From positions 248,001 through 312,000 of the IMG/VR virus record IMGVR_UViG_3300027834_000005: a stretch of 64,000 nt of DNA; one strand, 5' to 3'. Positions 46,863-55,240 of the stretch are shown here, one piece after another. A program made the position numbers and the translations under genes. Positions within the stretch are counted from its first letter, which is position 1; each line of letters starts with the position of its first letter. The notes below the pieces were generated by a model that saw nothing but the letters and a program-made list of their open reading frames with translations, ran no database searches and was not told the DNA's origin.

Positions 46863-47096
46863 ATGACGACTCCCCAACATAACACAGGTCCTATCCCACC
46901 AGCCACAGAATGTGAGTGGCCGGTGTCGATAGACGAGCGTGGCATAGTTTTCTGCCATAGCAAGCAAATTAAATCTGGATCAAGTTACTGCGCTGAACAC
47001 CATTCAGAAGCCTATTACTCTCCATCTAACCAAGATGATATCGACTTAGCAGAAGTTGACACAAACACTGTTGAGATCGATCCACTGAGAGAATAG
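46863..47096 (+). CDS. small Cys/His protein (GcrA-C-like CxW..C..YC..H)
   Basis: CEWP...FCH....GSSYCAEH; GAGG RBS. Confidence 0.5.
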   Translation: MTTPQHNTGPIPPATECEWPVSIDERGIVFCHSKQIKSGSSYCAEHHSEAYYSPSNQDDIDLAEVDTNTVEIDPLRE

Positions 47097-47378
47097 ATGA
47101 CGTATCATGTAACTGGGTTGGTGTCGGAGCCGACGTTATTTTTCTCCGATGATGGCGTTTCATTGTTTACAGATCCAAACGAGAAGTGGTTTATTAGTGA
47201 AGTATTAGATCGTTTGGTATCAAAGGACACAAAAAAAGTGTATTCGGTGGAACTATTTGGTAAGAACGCCAATATAAATCCTGGTCTACGGCGCATGGAA
47301 CTATCTGTGCGACTTCAAGAGATTGATGATAGTGGAGCAGATAGTATTGACGATAAGGTTTTGGTGTATAGCAAATGA
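47097..47378 (+). CDS. hypothetical protein
   Basis: Abuts the previous stop codon. Confidence 0.55.
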   Translation: MTYHVTGLVSEPTLFFSDDGVSLFTDPNEKWFISEVLDRLVSKDTKKVYSVELFGKNANINPGLRRMELSVRLQEIDDSGADSIDDKVLVYSK

Positions 47379-47665
47379 TTGATGTGGCCTACGTATTTAT
47401 ATCACAGTTTTTTATGATTTTATTAGTGGGCCTCAATCAATTAAATGTGGTTCACAACCATATTTATATGGCAATGACGACATCACTGCTCATCAGTGTG
47501 TGTAGCTTTTATAACGTCAACGCCATATCACAGACAGAGGCATACTCACCTACATGGTTTGCTTTTATAATTGCCGGTGGTATAGCTATTGGGGCATCTA
47601 TGAAATTGCATCCTATAATGGTTAGAGCATTTAACAAGGCAGATAAAAATGACACAGATACTTGA
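47375..47665 (+). CDS. small membrane protein (about 3 TM)
   Basis: Hydrophobic segments; coupled ORF. Confidence 0.6.
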   Translation: MIDVAYVFISQFFMILLVGLNQLNVVHNHIYMAMTTSLLISVCSFYNVNAISQTEAYSPTWFAFIIAGGIAIGASMKLHPIMVRAFNKADKNDTDT

Positions 47666-48155
47666 GAATTTATCCCTTATCGCGGCGACTACGCAAGATG
47701 GCGGTATAGGGTCAGAAAATAGATTACCATGGAAATGTCCAGAAGACATGAAATTCTTTAAAGAATTCACCACTGGTAAATCAGTTATTATGGGACATAA
47801 CACGTTTGAGTCCATTGGTAGCAGAGCGCTACCTAACAGAGACAACTATGTTGTCACACGTCATGCTAATAGCACGCATGGTAGTTTGAGGTTTATGAAC
47901 TTTGATAGCATCCTTGAATTAGTTAAACTCCACAGCGATAAAGAATTTATCGTGATAGGTGGAGAAAAAACATACGCTGCTTTTATGAAACACATCAGTA
48001 AGGCATATATAACTACGATCAAAGATTCGTGCGTATATAAAGATATGGAAATAGATACGTTCTTGCCATCGTTATCGGAGTCATTCTTTTTGCAAGGTGT
48101 ACTCCGTTCCCATGACACTTGCGTTATTAGAAAATGGAGAACACCGAGAACTTAA
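47649..48155 (+). CDS. folA: dihydrofolate reductase
   Basis: IAA....GIG.EN.LPW..PEDMKFFK..T.G..VIMGHNTFESI..RALPNR.N.V, IGG, D.FLP. Confidence 0.93.
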   Translation: MTQILENLSLIAATTQDGGIGSENRLPWKCPEDMKFFKEFTTGKSVIMGHNTFESIGSRALPNRDNYVVTRHANSTHGSLRFMNFDSILELVKLHSDKEFIVIGGEKTYAAFMKHISKAYITTIKDSCVYKDMEIDTFLPSLSESFFLQGVLRSHDTCVIRKWRTPRT

Positions 48156-48157
48156 CA

Positions 48158-48400
48158 ATGAATACTTACACTCACATATATAACATCGTTGGTAAGCCTA
48201 CATGTACAGTAACTGTACATGAAGATTGCGCAGGCATGCATACATTTGCATCTAGCTCTCTAAAAAAATCGTCAAATAACCTAGCTAGTCCGAATATATT
48301 GGAGTTGTTAGTGTGGGTTAGCGAAAGAAAGAATGCTGAGTTGGAACTAAAGGAGTCAACGCGTAATGAAGGTGAGATTGAAGGAAAGTTCAAAGTTTGA
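48158..48400 (+). CDS. hypothetical protein
   Basis: ORF filling the gap after folA. Confidence 0.5.
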   Translation: MNTYTHIYNIVGKPTCTVTVHEDCAGMHTFASSSLKKSSNNLASPNILELLVWVSERKNAELELKESTRNEGEIEGKFKV

Positions 48401-49022
48401 TGATCTCCAAAGTATAAAAAGACGTTACTATGGTTACTTGGACGACACTAATATAAGGGCGCTGGCTTTTATGTTAACTGTCCCTATTGCCATTAGTCAT
48501 TTCATTAGATATTGCTTGCATAAATTTAAGTTTAGTGATAAAATAGTCATAGAGTCAAACGACGTGAAGAATGCCGATATAACAATGGCTAAAATTATAG
48601 TGCCATTATTGGAAAGGTTAAATGTTGAGAAGCAAGGTGTGCCTCCAGTTGATGACATGGACGTACCGGATGCTATTATGGATATAGGCGTTAAGTTCCA
48701 TGGTATAGACGTGTCTCGTAGCTTTAAGTGGGAATATGTCATGACTAGGATGATTATATCATTCAAGTACGTGTCTAATGAGTTAGCCGTAACATCCTGC
48801 GAGGAAGGTCTAGGAGACATTAGAATACCTGATGTTCTTAAGATACACACTGAGTTGATTCATGAAGAGATGGACACATTAAAGTCTCTTGAAGAAACAC
48901 ACGGCAAGATTAAGATGGAAGACTACTATGAGTTCATGGAAGTGGACCCGAACAATATTGAAAGGGTAGTCCAAGAAGGTCTTGATTTATTCTCCAAATA
49001 TTACTTGAGGTTATGGACATAA
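48366..49022 (+). CDS. hypothetical protein
   Basis: 218-aa ORF; ends GLDLFSKYY.RLW as in T4-like hypotheticals. Confidence 0.6.
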   Translation: MKVRLKESSKFDDLQSIKRRYYGYLDDTNIRALAFMLTVPIAISHFIRYCLHKFKFSDKIVIESNDVKNADITMAKIIVPLLERLNVEKQGVPPVDDMDVPDAIMDIGVKFHGIDVSRSFKWEYVMTRMIISFKYVSNELAVTSCEEGLGDIRIPDVLKIHTELIHEEMDTLKSLEETHGKIKMEDYYEFMEVDPNNIERVVQEGLDLFSKYYLRLWT

Positions 49023-49285
49023 TGTACATTAACGATGAAGACAAAAAAGATACAGCAAACAGCACACTAGGTATATACTACATGGGCGTATTACTTATTT
49101 TATTGCTCGCAGTATGTGGGTATCAGCGCTATATGTTAGATGATATGGGATATGGCAATAAGGAATACTCTGAGGTTAGAGAACTATGCGTGGAAGCGCA
49201 CAAGGAAGGTATCGGATGTAAAGTTGGCTTTGGCCCTTACGCCGAGTTTGAGCAAATGGAGTACACCAAGGAAGATGAGCGATAA
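49013..49285 (+). CDS. small membrane-anchored protein
   Basis: Single TM segment. Confidence 0.5.
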   Translation: MDIMYINDEDKKDTANSTLGIYYMGVLLILLLAVCGYQRYMLDDMGYGNKEYSEVRELCVEAHKEGIGCKVGFGPYAEFEQMEYTKEDER

Positions 49286-50099
49286 TATACACTTTTTACA
49301 GATCATGGAGCCTAATGTAGAAGGGAAAGACTTCGTTGTTGGGGACATCCATGGTCATTTCAGAAAACTTGATAATAAGTTGGAAGAAATAGGTTTTAAT
49401 TTCGAACAAGATAGGCTATTCGTAGTGGGTGACTTGATCGATAGAGGTCCGTACTCTCATGAGTGCTTAGATTATCTTAAAAAAGACTGGTTCTATTCCA
49501 TAAAAGGAAACCATGAAGAGTTTCTAGTTAGAGGAGTAGACTTTATGTTACGCGGCTGCCCTGCTGATGATATGACTGGTATCATATCATATAATACATG
49601 GATGGGTAACGGCGGAAGATGGTTCGAAGACTTAAAAACCGTGCACGGTGAAGACCTTGGAGTTAAAGAGCTTAAAGAATACATGGTCGCATTAGACGCA
49701 TTACCGTATTTCATGGAAATTCCGGTACAAGTCGATGGCACTATGAAGAAAGTTGCAATGGTACATGCTGAAATCAACGATACCTATGACTGGAACGACG
49801 TAGTGTCGGTGTCGAATGGTTTAGAAGTCGAATGTACTGATGCTAGTAGACTCATGCGAGACGCTGCTTGGAGCAGATCACGCATAGAGAGATGTGGAAC
49901 CTCAGTTATGTATGGTAAGGATCACTCTTGTGAAACTATGCTTAATATAGACGCTGTGTTCTGCGGACACACACCCATCATTGAGTATACAGATACTGCG
50001 CCGTTTACTATAGGTAATATTCACTATATAGACACGTGGGTATATGGGCAGATAGATAATAATTTTCAGATAATTGATCTGAAGGATTTTTTATCTTGA
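49275..50099 (+). CDS. Ser/Thr protein phosphatase-like metallophosphoesterase (PphA/NinI-like)
   Basis: VGDIHG, VGDLIDRGP, GNHE, NGG.W, VHA, GHTP, IDT; start moved to MSDNIH. Confidence 0.9.
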   Translation: MSDNIHFLQIMEPNVEGKDFVVGDIHGHFRKLDNKLEEIGFNFEQDRLFVVGDLIDRGPYSHECLDYLKKDWFYSIKGNHEEFLVRGVDFMLRGCPADDMTGIISYNTWMGNGGRWFEDLKTVHGEDLGVKELKEYMVALDALPYFMEIPVQVDGTMKKVAMVHAEINDTYDWNDVVSVSNGLEVECTDASRLMRDAAWSRSRIERCGTSVMYGKDHSCETMLNIDAVFCGHTPIIEYTDTAPFTIGNIHYIDTWVYGQIDNNFQIIDLKDFLS

Positions 50100-50124
50100 C
50101 TTGACTCATGAATGATGGTAAAAT
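50096..50124 (+). promoter_or_regulatory. sigma70-type promoter
   Basis: TTGACT-17-TAAAAT with extended TG. Confidence 0.7.
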
Positions 50125-50130
50125 ACACAC

Positions 50131-50178
50131 ATGATAAGGCAATTGGTGAGCCAGTTAATCAACACCACATTAGACTGA
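50131..50178 (+). CDS. possible leaderless 15-aa peptide MIRQLVSQLINTTLD
   Basis: ATG 6 nt after the -10 box; enclosed by promoter and terminator. Confidence 0.3.
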   Translation: MIRQLVSQLINTTLD

Positions 50179-50195
50179 TAATAAAATACCTTTTT

Positions 50196-50217
50196 GGGCA
50201 CTACGGTGCCCTTTTTT
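50196..50217 (+). terminator. intrinsic terminator
   Basis: GGGCAC-TACG-GTGCCC followed by TTTTTT. Confidence 0.85.
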
Positions 50218-50225
50218 ATGGACAT

Positions 50226-50570
50226 ATGAAGACAATAATAGCCGGTAGTAGAGACAACGTAGGACCAGAACATTTATTTGAGGCATTTGACATAATAGAT
50301 TATGAAATTACTCAAGTGATATGCGGATGCGCCAGAGGTGCAGACACAATAGGTAAGGCATGGGCCGACCTAGAAGGCATACCATGCTTAGAAATGCCTG
50401 CGGACTGGGATCTACACGGAAAGAAAGCTGGATCTATTCGTAATGAAGAGATGGCGTTAGAAGCAGAAGCTCTCATCGCGTTGTGGGACGGAGTAAGCAC
50501 CGGCACGGCTAACATGATAAACATAGCAGAACGTCTTGGGCTTCATGTCACTGTGATATACACACAATAA
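50226..50570 (+). CDS. SLOG superfamily protein (YspA/DUF2493-like)
   Basis: TIIAGSRD, ICGCARGAD.IG..WA, W..HGKKAG.IRN..M, LIALWDG.S.GT.NMI; start moved from 50112. Confidence 0.85.
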   Translation: MKTIIAGSRDNVGPEHLFEAFDIIDYEITQVICGCARGADTIGKAWADLEGIPCLEMPADWDLHGKKAGSIRNEEMALEAEALIALWDGVSTGTANMINIAERLGLHVTVIYTQ

Positions 50571-50573
50571 TAT

Positions 50574-50602
50574 TTGACAACAACTTTAAAATAGAATAGT
50601 AT
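50574..50602 (+). promoter_or_regulatory. sigma70-type promoter
   Basis: TTGACA-17-TAGTAT. Confidence 0.6.
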
Positions 50603-50625
50603 TATGCTTCTTAACGGAGAATACT

Positions 50626-51861
50626 ATGTTAGCTTTTTTATTAATACTTATCCCATTCGCAGCATTCTTGATTGCGAAATTATGTTTTAACCACAAATTT
50701 AACTTCCAAGAGGTCGTGATCGGTATCATCATATGTGCTGCTTCTGCGATAGCCGTTCTTGAAGTATCTAAAAATGGCAAAATGGCTGACAGAGAGATCT
50801 GGAACGGCAAAGTTACCTCCAAACAACCAGAGAAACGCAATTGTCCCGTACCAGACTACGATGGCTGGACAGATGAGTACTCATCCTTCTGTAGTGCCCA
50901 TGATGATGAAGAGCGTATTGTTGGGTATGAGACAGTATGTGACTCTTATAATGATAGCGGCAGCTGCACAAGCTCACATGAAGAGCCAATCTATGAAACG
51001 TACTACCGTTATTACTTTAGATACGAACAGCGTTGGTATGTAAACTCCAATCTGGTTAGCTGGGAAGAACCACGCGTAGGCGGACGTTATAAGCAAGGTC
51101 TAAAAGAGCCTAAGAGCTGGACTATTGTCAAGATTAACGACCCTGTGAGTGTCACTAGGCCATATGACAACTACGTCAGAGCCGTACCAGAGAGCTTATT
51201 CAATAATAAGGAAGTAAAGAACGCACATAGCGCTAGTGTTCCGGCATACCCAACAGTTCACGGCAGATATAAAGTGAATCGTGTACTATCGGTGGGATAT
51301 AAAGGTAATATCGACAAAAATAAGCTAAATTATGAGCTTGGTAAGGCATTAGGGCGATTAAACCCTGCAAAACAGGTAAATGTCATCGTTATCCTAACTA
51401 GTATAGGTGATATGTCATTCCGACATGCCGTAGAGAACAAATGGCTTGGTGGTAAGAAAAACGACGCTATTATCTTCATTAGTTTAGACACTAACGGTGA
51501 TATATTGTGGACAGACCTAATGACATTCGGAAAAAATAAGTTTAATGGTATATATACTGCTAATTTAACTGGCGCAATCAGTGATATGGAAAATATTACT
51601 AAAGATAATCAAGGTGAGCTGGTAGGCACTATAGAGAACTTAACTGCCAAGCATTATGATCGACCTGCAATGAAAGAATACTTTTATTTAGTGAAGCATA
51701 TACAACCTTCTACCGGAGCGCTTATATTTGCATTCATATTAGACATTCTTATTTGCGTAGGGTTGTTATGGGCATTCAATAAGTACGACTTTGATCCGAT
51801 AGGCAACTCATACAGACACATTAAGTGGAAATTTAATAGACGTAGAAGATTTAGAAGATAA
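50626..51861 (+). CDS. membrane protein with Cys-rich extracytoplasmic region and TPM-like domain
   Basis: 2 N-terminal and 1 C-terminal TM; VNVIVIL...W.GGKKND.IIFIS TPM-like pattern. Confidence 0.6.
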   Translation: MLAFLLILIPFAAFLIAKLCFNHKFNFQEVVIGIIICAASAIAVLEVSKNGKMADREIWNGKVTSKQPEKRNCPVPDYDGWTDEYSSFCSAHDDEERIVGYETVCDSYNDSGSCTSSHEEPIYETYYRYYFRYEQRWYVNSNLVSWEEPRVGGRYKQGLKEPKSWTIVKINDPVSVTRPYDNYVRAVPESLFNNKEVKNAHSASVPAYPTVHGRYKVNRVLSVGYKGNIDKNKLNYELGKALGRLNPAKQVNVIVILTSIGDMSFRHAVENKWLGGKKNDAIIFISLDTNGDILWTDLMTFGKNKFNGIYTANLTGAISDMENITKDNQGELVGTIENLTAKHYDRPAMKEYFYLVKHIQPSTGALIFAFILDILICVGLLWAFNKYDFDPIGNSYRHIKWKFNRRRRFRR

Positions 51862-51874
51862 ACGGAGAAGGGAA

Positions 51875-52042
51875 ATGGAAATTATTTTAGCGATAATCGT
51901 ATTAAACGGAGCATTCTCAAAAACTATTGAGTATGATATGTCTAGTCTCGCCGAGTGTGAGAGTCACAAGGAAGAGTTAGTGGAGCGATTACGCAAAGAT
52001 AACTTCGTACTTTCTGCAAAATGCAAAATAGAAGGAAAATAG
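51875..52042 (+). CDS. 55-aa small protein (not in ORF track)
   Basis: GGAGAAGGG RBS; MEIILAIIVLNG...C...C; fills the gap exactly. Confidence 0.6.
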   Translation: MEIILAIIVLNGAFSKTIEYDMSSLAECESHKEELVERLRKDNFVLSAKCKIEGK

Positions 52043-52043
52043 G

Positions 52044-52436
52044 ATGTCAAAAATATTAAGACTAAGTGAATGGATTAAAGGCCGTAAGAATAAAACCGAA
52101 ACTACACCTGCAAAGTATGCGAAAGGTGAAGAGAAGCCGGAGCCGGTGCAGGAACCGGAGTATTATTCAGCTATACATATACAACTGAAGAATAATAGAA
52201 CTCTAAACTTGGAGTTAAAAGTTGCGAAACCTGATGGTAAGTTTGGTGTTAGAGAGGCATGGTTGGATTTCATCAAATGGTATCACTGTAGAGAGTCATC
52301 TGAGGTATACACTTTTAAATATAGAGACGATACGTGTTGGACGTATCGATGCATAAAGAAATCAAACATTGAAGAGTACACCATTACTTCTAAAGAAATC
52401 AAACATTCGAAGAGTGCATCATTATTTCCAAAGTAA
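52044..52436 (+). CDS. hypothetical protein
   Basis: ORF with RBS in operon. Confidence 0.55.
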   Translation: MSKILRLSEWIKGRKNKTETTPAKYAKGEEKPEPVQEPEYYSAIHIQLKNNRTLNLELKVAKPDGKFGVREAWLDFIKWYHCRESSEVYTFKYRDDTCWTYRCIKKSNIEEYTITSKEIKHSKSASLFPK

Positions 52437-52464
52437 AGAAAAGATGGGCTTTTAGATAAAAGTG

Positions 52465-52493
52465 TTGACGGTAAGTGTAAAAGATTATATAGT
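52465..52493 (+). promoter_or_regulatory. sigma70-type promoter
   Basis: TTGACG-17-TATAGT. Confidence 0.65.
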
Positions 52494-52528
52494 GAACTCA
52501 TCAAATACATATCCCAACGGAGAAACAC

Positions 52529-53107
52529 ATGAAGCAATCAACAAAAACAACGCTAGCTATCGTAGTAACAGTATTGGTCTTAGTATTAGGTCCTATCATT
52601 GCATTTGGCGTAGCGTATATCGGGCATAAAGATACTGCAGTGGCAACTGAAGAAGGTATTGTAGGTCAATACAAGGCGGACGAGAACACATTGGCCCAGA
52701 TGTCATTGAAAGTAGTGGAAATGATGCAGGTAGCTAACTCACATACCGATGATATGGTGAAGTTAATTTCCGCAGCTATGAAAGGTAAGTATGGTGATGA
52801 CGGAGCAACGGCTAAGATGTTATGGTCGAATGAATCTACGCAGACTATTGATCCTTCTCTGAAGAAAGAAGTAATGCGTGCCATTAAAGGCGGACGTACT
52901 AACTTCGAGCAGATGCAGAATAACAGAATTGACATGTGTCGAGCGTATAAGACGACATTAAGACAGACAGTTAGTGGTTTCTTCTTATCACTGGCTAAGT
53001 TCCCCGAAATTGACTTGGCAACGTACTGTGAAATTGTAAGTTCATCTCATGCTCGTGAAGCTTTCGAGACGAAGATTGACAAAGGTTTAGATCTTAAGAA
53101 CCTATAG
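52529..53107 (+). CDS. membrane-anchored helical protein, LemA-like
   Basis: N-terminal TM followed by a helical bundle; ends FF...A.FP as in LemA-type proteins. Confidence 0.5.
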   Translation: MKQSTKTTLAIVVTVLVLVLGPIIAFGVAYIGHKDTAVATEEGIVGQYKADENTLAQMSLKVVEMMQVANSHTDDMVKLISAAMKGKYGDDGATAKMLWSNESTQTIDPSLKKEVMRAIKGGRTNFEQMQNNRIDMCRAYKTTLRQTVSGFFLSLAKFPEIDLATYCEIVSSSHAREAFETKIDKGLDLKNL

Positions 53108-53123
53108 CACTTACTTTATGAAC

Positions 53124-53147
53124 AAAAACCGCCTAGTGCGGTTTTTT
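53124..53147. terminator. bidirectional-type terminator
   Basis: AAAAACCGC-ctagt-GCGGTTTTT. Confidence 0.8.
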
Positions 53148-53163
53148 ACGTGGAGAACAAAGA

Positions 53164-53658
53164 ATGAGATCTATAATCGTACTGTCCACATGGTGGGGCG
53201 GTAAAAAAATAGAAATGAAATGTAAATCGGTAGATATGGTTGGTATTGATGCGGATTACGTAGCCGCAGGATTACAGATTGATGTTGAAAATGATGGAAA
53301 AATGAGACATGGGAAAACTTTCGTACTGAAGGTGAGAAATATCGAAGAGGTAGATGGTGAGAACATAGACGACTTCGAGAATACATTACGAGGCCTGAAA
53401 AAATACGCCATGGTCTTGCATTCATTCAGGTCATATGAGAAAGAAGATTTCATTTGTAAGGAAGTGTATGCCAAAGACGATAGAGATGCTGAAAATCAGA
53501 CGTCGTATTGGTTAATAAATGAGGAATACGATAGCGGATGCTGGGTTGAAATAGAAACCAATGAAACTATAACCAAAAAACCGGAACGTATTCACCAGAC
53601 ATCTAAAAGTTATGTTCCTTGTTGGTGGTGCAAGCTTAAATCCTTTATATTTGGATAA
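53164..53658 (+). CDS. hypothetical protein
   Basis: GGAG RBS. Confidence 0.55.
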   Translation: MRSIIVLSTWWGGKKIEMKCKSVDMVGIDADYVAAGLQIDVENDGKMRHGKTFVLKVRNIEEVDGENIDDFENTLRGLKKYAMVLHSFRSYEKEDFICKEVYAKDDRDAENQTSYWLINEEYDSGCWVEIETNETITKKPERIHQTSKSYVPCWWCKLKSFIFG

Positions 53659-53661
53659 GTC

Positions 53662-53690
53662 TTTACAAAAAAGTCGTGGTGTGGTAAAAT
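53662..53690 (+). promoter_or_regulatory. sigma70-type promoter
   Basis: TTTACA-17-TAAAAT with extended TG. Confidence 0.6.
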
Positions 53691-53724
53691 ACGCACCATA
53701 AAACATACCTAGAGCTTATTTATT

Positions 53725-53889
53725 ATGGAAGAAGACGTTATTGCAGAGTTAGAACGACATAAAAAGTTCATAGCTGGAATGTATGAAATATTATCTGCCG
53801 AAGGATACTTCGGTATAGCTACTCAGTGCGAAGAGCTTACTGAGAGCACAGAAAACTTAATTGAAAGACTAAAAAATGATAAACTTTGA
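53725..53889 (+). CDS. 54-aa small protein (not in ORF track)
   Basis: MEEDVIAELERHKK...; lies between the promoter and the next gene. Confidence 0.5.
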   Translation: MEEDVIAELERHKKFIAGMYEILSAEGYFGIATQCEELTESTENLIERLKNDKL

Positions 53890-54622
53890 TAATGTAACAA
53901 TAGTTAATACCGAAACAACTGGACTTGACTTCAAACAAGACCAAGTCATAGCATTATGCGTAGGATATAAGTCATCCACTGGTAAGTGGGATAATATGAC
54001 ATCTTATTGTAAAGCTGATGTTCCTATTACGCCAGAAATTTCATACCTACATGACATTACTGAAAGTATGTTAGGCGATAAGAGACTTCATGAGTTAGAT
54101 GGCGTTATACCTGACGTGAATGAATACGTTGTAATGTGTAATTCAACTTTTCATGCAGGCATGATTAACGGTAATGGCAGTAAAATGTTATCCGGTAAAA
54201 AATTGATATGCGTTAGTAGAATAAGTAAGAAGCTTGATGCGTTAGGTTTGGGCATGACTAATTATAAATTGCCATACTTGAATCATTTCTTCGGGGCGAA
54301 CATAAAAAGAAATGATTATGAAACCGACACTGCTATGCATAACGCCATCATAGGTAAAGTGTTCGAGAAGCAAGTAGAAATGATGAAGGCTTTAGGGCAG
54401 ATTCATGAATATAATCTTGAAGAGATCTATGAGTGGTTAGAAGCGCCTATTATATATGAAAATATGACGTTTGGTAAACATGTCGGTAAGCCTATGGTAG
54501 AAATACCTATTACTTACTGGACGTGGGCCTTAAGCAACATGGATTCATTGCAGGAAGATGGCGATAAGTACGATTCTGACTTAGCTGCCTCTGTGGCTGC
54601 CGCTTTAGATAAGATTCTATAG
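53876..54622 (+). CDS. DEDDh exonuclease X-like protein with DUF3820-like C-terminus, probably catalytically degenerate
   Basis: NTETTG in place of DTETTG; H.IT..ML; C-terminal MTFGKH.G....EIP..Y..W. Confidence 0.7.
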   Translation: MINFDNVTIVNTETTGLDFKQDQVIALCVGYKSSTGKWDNMTSYCKADVPITPEISYLHDITESMLGDKRLHELDGVIPDVNEYVVMCNSTFHAGMINGNGSKMLSGKKLICVSRISKKLDALGLGMTNYKLPYLNHFFGANIKRNDYETDTAMHNAIIGKVFEKQVEMMKALGQIHEYNLEEIYEWLEAPIIYENMTFGKHVGKPMVEIPITYWTWALSNMDSLQEDGDKYDSDLAASVAAALDKIL

Positions 54623-54961
54623 CGGAGTAGGAACATCTGGGGTATCTTGGACGAAATAGTCAGGGTCGAATCGTTGGTATTTGTCATGTGGCATACCAGC
54701 ATTAGCTTTAGCCTCTTCTCTTCCTCGATATCCAGCAGATTGCATATCACCTACGACTGGAGTAGAGGTCCAATCCTCTTCTTCGTTATCAACATCATCC
54801 GTGACTACGGGCGTGCCCCCTTTATTATCTTTGGCTTTCTTTTTAGCCTTAGATTCCTCTTCTTCTTTATAAGAAGATGATTCAGGGTTCAACTCAGCAT
54901 CCAATTCATTGGTGGCTGAAAAGTATTTGTCGTTTGTCTCGAAAAGTTCTATAAGTCTCAT
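54617..54961 (-). CDS. acidic putative internal head protein (solitary minus-strand late gene)
   Basis: MRLIELFE start 5 nt after GATAAATA (start moved from 55168). Confidence 0.65.
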   Translation of the reverse strand: MRLIELFETNDKYFSATNELDAELNPESSSYKEEEESKAKKKAKDNKGGTPVVTDDVDNEEEDWTSTPVVGDMQSAGYRGREEAKANAGMPHDKYQRFDPDYFVQDTPDVPTPL

Positions 54962-54966
54962 GCTAT

Positions 54967-54974
54967 TATTTATC
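54967..54974 (-). promoter_or_regulatory. late promoter motif GATAAATA (minus strand)
   Basis: TATTTATC. Confidence 0.7.
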
Positions 54975-54981
54975 AAAAACA

Positions 54982-55010
54982 TTGACCTTATGTGGTCTTT
55001 GTAGTATAAT
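54982..55010 (+). promoter_or_regulatory. sigma70-type promoter
   Basis: TTGACC-17-TATAAT. Confidence 0.75.
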
Positions 55011-55033
55011 ACACGCATTAAAGGAGAGCCACA

Positions 55034-55240
55034 ATGAAGAAAGATTATAAAATCAGTGACATCAGCCAAATAACCCGATATAATGGGTTCACTGAGATGC
55101 TCTTGCAAGAAGATTACAAGAAATTCAAAGAAGGTCAGTACTCTAGTGCCGTGTATGTTGCAGAACAAAAGCAGTTCTATGTGTATGGCGAGTTAACCTT
55201 CGAAAAAGTTAACGTAGATGAGAATCCATTCAATGATTAA
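55034..55240 (+). CDS. hypothetical protein
   Basis: AAAGGAG RBS. Confidence 0.65.
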   Translation: MKKDYKISDISQITRYNGFTEMLLQEDYKKFKEGQYSSAVYVAEQKQFYVYGELTFEKVNVDENPFND

